This document shows, piece by piece, positions 38,855 to 64,000 of a stretch of DNA of 64,000 bases; the first letter of the stretch is position 1; the number at the start of each line of letters is the position of its first letter. Source of the DNA: Amoebidium appalachense (lineage: Eukaryota > Protista > Ichthyosporea). Made by a program: the position numbers and the translations under genes. The notes beneath the pieces are model-generated. The model made no database searches. It saw nothing but the letters and a program-made list of their open reading frames with translations, and was not told where the DNA came from. The DNA is taken from assembly GCA_963693365.1 (NCBI GenBank), contig CAVNZM010000010.1:3286001-3350000 (forward strand). Direction: 5' to 3'.

Positions 38855-39357
38855 AAGAATGAATAGAAAAAAGGGGGGGGGAATGTCCCCGGGAAGGGAA
38901 GGGGGCAGAGGGGAAAGGGGGAGGAGAGAGGGGGGGGTGGCGGGGGGAGGGTTGGGGGAGATGCATGGCACCCTGTTTCTATGCCACACTGTAAGCCGCT
39001 AAGGGGTGGGCAGGCAAATGATTGCATGCGTTTGGTGACACACATGCATTAAGTATGTAAAATCTCAAAAACTTGAATCCGGCAGAGGCAAAAGCTAGTG
39101 ATTGTTGATAAGCATTCGTTTTGGTTTCTGTTTTGAAACTGTTGTGTTTTCAATTGGCACTGGTTGGCTTACCATCGAAGATTGGTTCAGAATTGGTTCG
39201 GCGTTTTGATTCAAATACAAGTTGGCGCTTTCAACCTTCAGCTTGCTGGTTACTGTAACATACTTCTTGCCAGCTTTTTTATTTGTTTGCGCACGCATGC
39301 ACGCATGTGCACACACACATGCACACAAACACAAACACACAGTGTCACGCGCACGCG

Positions 39358-39410
<53 letters not shown>

Positions 39411-39946
39411 GCACGCACGCATACGCACACACACATGCGCGCATGATGCGCACACACACGCACACACACACCAATGCACACACTCACACAGGTGTCGCAC
39501 CCACGCACCCACGCACCCACGTACACAAGCACGCACAAACGCAGGGAAACACGCGCGCACGCATGCATGCACGCACACACGGAAAAACACACGTCACGGG
39601 TCTTTTTCGTCTAGTAAAGAAAGGAGAGGCTTCCGTTTGTTCTTAAGAACTGCAAGCTAGTAGATTTCAACGCTTATGCACCGTGGAAGTCACAGCCCGC
39701 CCCCCTCCCCCCCCCCCCCCCTCCCCCCTCCCCCCCCCTCCCCCCCCTCCCCCCCAATTTCCCTTAAGGTTATCTTATTTCCCCCCCCCCAACCTCGGTA
39801 GCCCCTAGATTCTTATTTTTTCCCAAAAAAATCTGGTGTTTATCCTTATAGGTGAATTATCTTGATCTTTAATGACCCCACTCTAAGAAAGTATGTATTA
39901 AATAGAGTTTTTTTTTTTTTTTTGAGGGGGGGGGGGGGGGGGGGGG

Positions 39947-40222
39947 GTGATTGCGCTATACGCGGTAAATACCAATAGGTGCGTAGCCAATCGGATGCGA
40001 GCCTGGCGCTCCATATATGGATTGAGGTACTCAGGATCGTGCTCCAGGACACGTAGGCGCACTCATTGAATACCTCAATCCATATAATCATCTGCAACTC
40101 GATAACCTTCCTGTGAGACACGTAGACACACTCGTTGAATACCTCAATCCATATATGGAGCGCCAGGCTCGCATCCGATTGGCTACGCATTTATTGGTAT
40201 TTATCGCGTATAGCGCAATCAC
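39947..40222. mobile_element. Foldback/MITE-like element with ~85-bp terminal inverted repeats and an internal duplicated segment
   Basis: gtgattgcgctatacgcggtaaataccaataggtgcgtagccaatcggatgcgagcctggcgctccatatatggattgaggta is inverted at the right end (...gcgtatagcgcaatcac). gacacgtag..cactc.ttgaatacctcaatccatata occurs twice internally. The left flank is a poly-G tract, so no TSD is readable. Confidence 0.75.
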
Positions 40223-40511
40223 ACCACATTGGGGAGAAAGATTTTAGGGGCCCAGTCTATGTACAGAGGCTGGGGTAAAATGAAATGACGGAAGGGGGGA
40301 GGGGGGGGAAGATGCAATAAAGTGCAGCTGATCATCCACACCTCAAACTTATTCAAATGCATTTACAAATTAGTGTTATAGGTTTAAGGTTGCAGCCGTT
40401 CGAAGAACAAATGGAAGCTGTTGCGTCGCTTCCAGACGGAAGAGGCCAATGTGAGTGTGTGTGTGTGTGCCTGTATCATGTGTGTGTGTGTGTGTGTGTG
40501 TGTCACGGTGT

Positions 40512-40558
<47 letters not shown>

Positions 40559-40618
40559 TGTGTGTGTGTGTGTGCGTACGTGTGTGCGTGTGTGTGTGTA
40601 TGTCTGTGCGCATGTGTT

Positions 40619-40651
<33 letters not shown>

Positions 40652-41033
40652 CTACAAAAACAAAAATGTTAACCAGCCCAATTTTTTATGGCCAGCCTGA
40701 ATCAATTTAACTTATGATACCTCAACTGAGGGAAAAGAAATTGAGCACACTTCTAACCAAAACGTAAAAACAAGGCAAGGACACACTCATCCGTGTGACG
40801 GTTTAGCTTTAGGCTCTGTCGAAAATGTTTTCGAATTTCCAGCAGCCTGCATGTGCTTGGCAATGCCATTTAGAATGAGAAGGCTTTGGCACGCGGCCCT
40901 CGCTCTGGCTGGTGTACATGCACCATTAGATGTGACGGCATAGCAACAGGGTTCCATGCAGCGCATGGCCGCCATTGCATAGCTTTCCACGGCTCAGCCC
41001 AGAAAAAGGAACCGCTGGACGGGGGGAGGGGGA

Positions 41034-41072
<39 letters not shown>

Positions 41073-41852
41073 ACTTGAGTGTCACGGTATATCATTATCG
41101 GAACCCTACGGCTGGTGAAGAGTCCTAGACCCCCTGTACACTCCCATGCACTAAATTTGGGAAATCAAGAACCGCTAATTTGGGAAGTTGATCAGTGATG
41201 ATGAATTTGGAGGGGCAGGGGCAAGGGGGGGGGAAGGAGGGGCGGGGGGGAGGGGGGGGAGGGGGACGGGAAGGGGTCGCGGGCAGGGTTGTGTCAGCGC
41301 CGTGCGCCTCCTCCGCCCCCCTCCCGACCCCCTCTGGTGGTAACCGAGGTCTGTGGGGTCCCCCGGACCCACTTACTGTATACGTAATACGTGCCGGCCG
41401 CTGGGGTAGGTGGGTTGGCCCAGTTCCCATCAACCATCAACCCCCCCTCCCCCCCCCCCCCCCCCCCCCCCCCCGGGCAGCTCGGCCCCGGCCCCAGACC
41501 TCCAGCGCAAAGGTGGTGGGGTGGCCTTGCCCCGGGTCCCCCTTTCCCCCACCACGTGCATCTGTCTACTTTTACACAGTGCAATGCCATAGCTGAAACG
41601 GCGTGCCACATGCATGTGCGCAGGCTAATATCCTGAAAGCAAACTGAGTCGTACACTGCTTATAAAGATCACTGCGCGCAAACACACACACACATGTACA
41701 CACACACAGTCACACACACACACACACACGTCACAAACACACAGCGAGGGTGAGAGAGAGCGAGAGAGAGAGAGAGAGAGAGGGGGGGGGAGAGAGAGAG
41801 GGAGGGAGGGAGGGAGGGAGGGAGGGAGACATGCATGTATCTATATCATCAT

Positions 41853-42016
41853 CCCCCCCCCCCCCCCCCCATCAGGGTCCCTCTCACACCTCCCTTCCCC
41901 CCTTCTCGGACATCAAAGGGAGCGCCTAAGGGGGGGGGGGGGGGGGGGGGGGGGGGGGATGTCCGAGGAGGGGGGAAGGAAGGTGTGAGAGGGACCTTGA
42001 TGGGGGGGGGGGGGGA
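41853..42016. repeat. Imperfect inverted repeat (~45-bp arms extended by poly-C/poly-G)
   Basis: atcagggtccctctcacacctcccttccccccttctcggacatc (41871-41914) pairs with gatgtccgaggaggggggaaggaaggtgtgagagggaccttgat (41958-42001). Confidence 0.75.
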
Positions 42017-42223
42017 GGAGGAGGAGGGGGGGAGGGAGGGGGGGGGGAACGGGGGGAAGGTGACGGCCTGAATGGTTTAGACGGAGATTTGGAGAGAGAC
42101 AGGTCTTGGTAGAAAAAGACTCGAATCCTTACTTAATGTCCCGGGGGGGGGGGAGGGGGGGGGGGGAGAGGGGGGGAGGGGAGGGGAGGCTAAATTTAAA
42201 TGAGTAATTACACTATTAGCTGT

Positions 42224-42259
42224 GTGCCTCCGTTGAATATCATAGTGAATTCCATCTCT
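42224..42259 (-). pseudogene. Relic of an SGNH paralog C-terminus (RDGIHYD)
   Basis: Encodes RDGIHYDIQRRH, versus RDGIHYDVRWQH in the adjacent intact gene, about 390 bp downstream on the same strand. Confidence 0.55.
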
Positions 42260-42577
42260 CCGAATACAGCCTTTCCTCCGAGTTTTATTATTTGTTAGTG
42301 AAAGCAAAATCCAGAGACAAGAACTGATAACACTGACTGTGCATAATAACGGGAGAAAAACGACAAAGGTTGGTGCTGGGAATCCGAGAGGAAGAAGCTT
42401 TTGTACATGGTGCGCAGGGTATGCGTGAGCATGCACGTGCATTGTGTGTTTATTTATTATTCATTTTTTTTGAGTCCTCTTCTATAACACCACCCTTTTG
42501 GTGAGCCATTATAATAAGTAGTGCGTCTACTTAGCATTCGAGCATATATATCAATCTAGCCGGGTGTGGCTACTCTA

Positions 42578-43678
42578 TCAAGATTTAATTCTGGTTAGAA
42601 TCTGCTCCATGTACCAATGCTGCCATCGAACATCATAATGGATGCCATCTCTCAAGTAGTTGCTCTCCCCGGCTAACGCTTTTTCCAGATCAAGCACATC
42701 AAAACCTTCGTCCCTTGCTATTTTCCTCCCCATTTCGTTCATTTCTGGAATCAAACTACAATGTCGCGTCCAATGACCCATACTTATAGTGTGACAAGGG
42801 TTGGCCGTCCGCCAGAAAAAAATCGGTGCCGGCCGTGTGATCGGATCCGAAAACATGAGCTTTAGAGCGCTCATCATACTTGCTAGACCTTGGGCATACT
42901 CACTGAGAAACTTTTGTTTGCTCACATCGTCACCCAGTCTCCCTTGATCATGAGCGATGTTCAGATCCCAAAAGGCAGCATGTGCAACTACAGCCTGAGG
43001 CCAACCACCCACTAACAGCTCAGTCAAAAAATCCCACCCTTTCGCTACCGCTGTTTCGTTCATGTTATCCTTCCACATGAGTGTTTGGGTGCCGTTTACA
43101 ACTTTTATCGGTCTTGTTCCAGCGAAATTCATGATGTTTGCAAGTGTGGTGTTGGCGGTTTGGCAGTAGTTCACCTGGATGCCCCGTTTGTTCGCCTCGG
43201 CCTCCAACATGGCTCCTTTCTCGCTTGTGCATGTATTGTCATGCACTTCGGAAATAGGCATGAGCTTGGGTTGGTTGCGCCAACAGACATTCACTCCCAG
43301 CCGTTGGTGGCAGTAACCGAAAAGGGTGTCTCGATCGTTGGAATCACCAATGGTGAGGATGAAAACATAATTATTACTCTCAGTTAAGTTTGAAGCGATG
43401 TTTTGCTCGGAACTTGGAAGCAACGGTGCTGTGGGGTCTTGCGAATTTTCGTACCCTTGGGTGTCTGAGTTTGCCGGGGTTGTGTGTGCCACTTCAGTTT
43501 GAGTTTCCGTGGACAAAACATCAGTTTGTTTCTGTAGAGGAGGGACTAATTCTTTGTCGAGAGTTACTGCATTCCCCGTGTACCTCACGAATGCGTCTTC
43601 CAAAGGAGACGCAAAGCCGTAGATGGCAAGTATAGTAAACACTGTCAAAACAGCGAAGTACGCAACAAGAGCCGACAT
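42578..43678 (-). CDS. Intronless type II membrane SGNH/GDSL (PC-esterase-like) protein; putative polysaccharide O-acetyltransferase/esterase
   Basis: 366 codons from ATG 43678 (MSALVAYFAVLTVFTILAIYGFA, signal anchor), then an S/T-rich stem, TIGDSNDR (GDS nucleophile block), AAFWDL, FFWRT and C-terminal RDGIHY (DxxH); stop at 42578. Confidence 0.78.
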   Translation of the reverse strand: MSALVAYFAVLTVFTILAIYGFASPLEDAFVRYTGNAVTLDKELVPPLQKQTDVLSTETQTEVAHTTPANSDTQGYENSQDPTAPLLPSSEQNIASNLTESNNYVFILTIGDSNDRDTLFGYCHQRLGVNVCWRNQPKLMPISEVHDNTCTSEKGAMLEAEANKRGIQVNYCQTANTTLANIMNFAGTRPIKVVNGTQTLMWKDNMNETAVAKGWDFLTELLVGGWPQAVVAHAAFWDLNIAHDQGRLGDDVSKQKFLSEYAQGLASMMSALKLMFSDPITRPAPIFFWRTANPCHTISMGHWTRHCSLIPEMNEMGRKIARDEGFDVLDLEKALAGESNYLRDGIHYDVRWQHWYMEQILTRIKS

Positions 43679-45873
43679 CTTGCGACCCTGTATTGTACAT
43701 CGAAAAGAAGCGGAGTCTTCACCAGGTGAGTGCATGTTGGAACAAAAGGCCTTACACAGCAGGCCCACCAGGGCAAAAAAAGAAAAAAGTGTTCACAACG
43801 GCCCGGGAGGATTTGCACTAGAAGGAGCTGTTACGAAGCGTTCATGTTGTGAAATTCATACATCAACAGTAAACCCTACGTAGGCCTTGTGTTTCGACAC
43901 AAAAATGACGCATGGACTAGAAAGGTGCTACTACGAAACACTCGTATTACCGCATAGTTTAATATATCAAAGGGTATGATGCTATTAGTAAGAGTGCTTG
44001 TGTTTTAAAGTGAAAATAAGCGCCCAACGGTCTGATCACGTGAAACGGTACCGAGTCGACGTACGCGCACTCTTCCAAACGAAAAAAACAAAAACGAAAA
44101 ATGAAAAAAGGAGAAACGAAAAACGAAAAGGAAGGCCTTGAGAAAAGAAGGGAAAAAACTGTCTTCGGCTGGTGCATGCAACCCAAGCATGTACTGTAGG
44201 TCCAAAAATGCGCAGCACGTGACAAAGCCAGTCAGTGAATAAACAAGGCTTTCATGCAAACCGTTGAAGGAAACTTGCATAAATGAATAGAAATGCGGCA
44301 ACGGCTTTATCCTGATTTCCACACAAATTAAGAAAAAGTTAAACACCAGCAGAGGTACAAGAATTTTTTAACATTAACTAACAGACCAATGAAGTTAAAT
44401 GCATTATTCCGTATTCTAGCTAGCGCTATATTCCAAATTCATCCTCAGCATAAACTTTGACGGATGTGCGCCTATATAGCTACGGTATACTGTATGTAGC
44501 CCAGCTACTTTCTTGTAGGACCAATCTTCATTTACACGGCAGACATAGGGCTTTCTCTCAGGGAACGTGCATTATCATAGTAAGATACACGCCAGTTTAA
44601 TAACATAGTATGTAGCTAAAAACCAAACATTGACTCAAAGTATACGTTGTAGCATGCGCATCCTGACATCCTGAATGCCGCAATGGGCTTCCGCATTCCC
44701 ATAATTGCTAGGAAACGTAGAAAATCAAAAGCAAAATGGGCCGGCGCCAACCCGCGCACACGTGCCAGCGAATAAACGCATATGCATGTCCCGGATGCAG
44801 ACTTATAGCGAGCAGCCCGTGTAATCTAATCAATGTCGGCATGAGACATCACACGAACACCATGCATATGGTATGTCTGCACATTCGCCCGACACCGTAC
44901 CTAAATTTAAACCCCACGGCCTCTCCACACCACGTGCACACACAAGATTCCTCTCAGACATGGAGAAACCTCAACCTAAAATCCCTCCGTTTAAAAGGCT
45001 TGGTGCGCATGCACTTTCTTGCAAAGCTACTAGGTACAATTCGTTTGGTCCTGTCTGCATCACGTGCTCACTCTGCCTATTCTGCAGCTGTTGTGTGCCA
45101 ACTAGGCTCTTAAACAAGGTTGTACATATGTACCTGGATATTGTTTGTTTTTAAAACCATTTTGTTTCCTGTGTCCTGCACCTTGTTTCTCGTTGTGTAG
45201 ACTAAGTGGTTGTAAAGCTTTGTACCGTATACGTTTTCCGCTTTGTAACCCCCCTCCTCCTCCTCCCCCGCCCGCCGGCTCGGGGGAAGGGAGGCCCTGG
45301 ATATCACACGAGGCATATGCGTTTGGAGAAGTTCCTGTCGATCGATTTATACGGTCGATTTATACGGGATTATGGTACGTACAGGGTTTTTCCTGTTGGC
45401 TGAGCCGAGATAGAAAGAGTACACCGAATGCAAATGCTGATATAGTGACAACTACATAGGCAGACGTCTCTGCCAAACACACGCCTACGTTCTTCTACTG
45501 TGCAATAATATTATGCGATGTGCTAGCAAAGACACAGTCACTACGTATACACTGAAGAACAGTGAATTGTAAGTGATCAAATATTACAAGGGGAATACAA
45601 GACAGCCAGTTTGCAACATGAATACAAGGTTCGCCAGAAAGCGTAGCACCAAAGAGGTTTTACTATTGATATATCCCTATTTACACGACGAAGCTACCTC
45701 TTAAACCTCACCTTAGAGCAAGGGGGTGAAAACCCTGCTTTATATCGACCAGCTTCAGTATTAAAAATAGGCATATCCATATTTGCCCCCCCCCCCCCCC
45801 CCCTCTCCCCCTCCCCCCCCCCCTCTCCCCCCTCCCCCTCTGGTAGGCCCCCAGTAAACACAACCCAAGAGCC

Positions 45874-45904
<31 letters not shown>

Positions 45905-46082
45905 AAAAAAAAAGAAAAAAAGAAAAAAAAAGAGTTTACCAATCACCAGAAAAGTGAAAAAGAAAAAAGAAAAGAAAAAAGGGTCAGCTAAATGAGGGTG
46001 GAGTTGGAGGAACGAAAAAAAAACGATTTTAGAAAAACCGAGAAGAAGGCGAACGACTCCATTATCGGGTCACACTAGGCGA

Positions 46083-62786
<16,704 letters not shown>

Positions 62787-63011
62787 CTGCAACATTTTCT
62801 GGTGGGGGAAAATGGATAAATAAGTAGATAGATTAGTACATGAATAGACTGATAATAACAAAAACAAAACAATAAACGAACAGATACATTAATAATTGAA
62901 AAAGCACAGCAAAAGCATGGGAGAAAGAGTACGTGAAGAGGGATGGGACGCACGCACGCACGCCCACACGCACGCACGCACACACACGTGCATGCACGCA
63001 CACACACACAT

Positions 63012-63058
<47 letters not shown>

Positions 63059-63307
63059 GCACACACATACGCACGCACGCACGCACACACACACAGCCTC
63101 CATCCCAAACTGATCTTTTATCTGCCCTATCCACACCATCAAGAACTGGTACCACAACCACATCGAGAGAGAGAGAGAGAGAGAGAGACAGAGAAAGGGA
63201 GAGAGAGGGAGAGAGAGGGAGAGAGAGAGGGGGGGGGGAGAGGGATGGATGGAGGGAGGGAGGGAGGGAGGGAGGGAGGGAGGGAGGGAGGGAGGGAGGG
63301 AGGGAGG

Positions 63308-63342
<35 letters not shown>

Positions 63343-63911
63343 GGGGGAAGACAAACACGTTGCGTACACGTCCATGCAGCCACACACACACACGTGCACT
63401 CTACATATGAACAAGTGTGTGTTCGTATCCAAAATCCTTCGGGGGCACACGCGATGGTACCTGCAGACGCATGCACAATCAACATGCACAGGCTCATGCG
63501 CCCACTCCCCCAGTCCCTCCCCCCTCCCCCCTCCCCCCCTCGGAAACAGGGGGGGAAAGTTGGAAGAAAGGGCGGGGGAAGTACCCATTTGACAGCTCAT
63601 GATCTGCATCGCAATGCCCCCCGTCCCTCCCCCCCCCCCCCCCCCTCCCCCAACACACACACACACACACACACACACGTTATCATATCACTCCCACCTT
63701 CAAACCCCTCCCCGTCATCAACCCTCCCTTGGGGTAACAAAAACCTCCTCCTCCTCCTACCCCGCCGCCTCCCCCACACCGCCAGCCCCGTACCACCTTC
63801 AGGCACATATATATCCCAATTTATATCCCCTCCATCTCAACCCCCTCCTCCCCCCTCCCCCCTCCCCCCACAACACACACACACATACACCCTACCAGCA
63901 CCCCCGCTGCA

Positions 63912-63975
<64 letters not shown>

Positions 63976-64000
63976 ATAATTGCTTTTACACCCACCTTCT

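Noticed and set aside
43679-43768. Upstream extension of the SGNH ORF from the ORF track
   Set aside because: It starts at GTG; the ATG at 43678 directly precedes the signal anchor and is preferred, although an in-frame ATG near 43735 cannot be excluded.
44736-45154. Short plus-strand ORFs upstream of the SGNH gene
   Set aside because: No recognisable motif, no splice chain and conflicting frames.
63100-63620. Candidate 5' SEC63 exons
   Set aside because: Several AG/GT pairs exist, but none gives a recognisable Sec63 N-terminus (YD..G..F..F); left unresolved.

Overview
Eukaryotic, very intron-rich DNA; a unicellular opisthokont-like origin is plausible but not provable from this window. Introns are packed with poly-G/poly-C tracts and (CA)n/(CGTG)n microsatellites, so most ORF-track entries are low-complexity noise. 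Phase-consistent GT-AG exon chains were rebuilt by hand for four genes: REV3 (DNA polymerase zeta catalytic subunit; minus, runs off the left edge), an RNF14/ITT1-type RWD-RBR E3 ligase (plus, head-to-head with REV3), a PNPOx-like FMN-binding protein (minus) and SEC63 (minus, 5' end unresolved). There is also an intronless SGNH/PC-esterase-like gene, MITE/foldback elements and local duplications. The most unusual signal is in SEC63: its introns hold many truncated 'ghost' copies of the gene's own exon ends and splice sites. These copies differ from the functional exons mostly at synonymous positions. They occur alongside a tandem array of duplicated 3' splice acceptors and a gene-restricted intronic repeat family.
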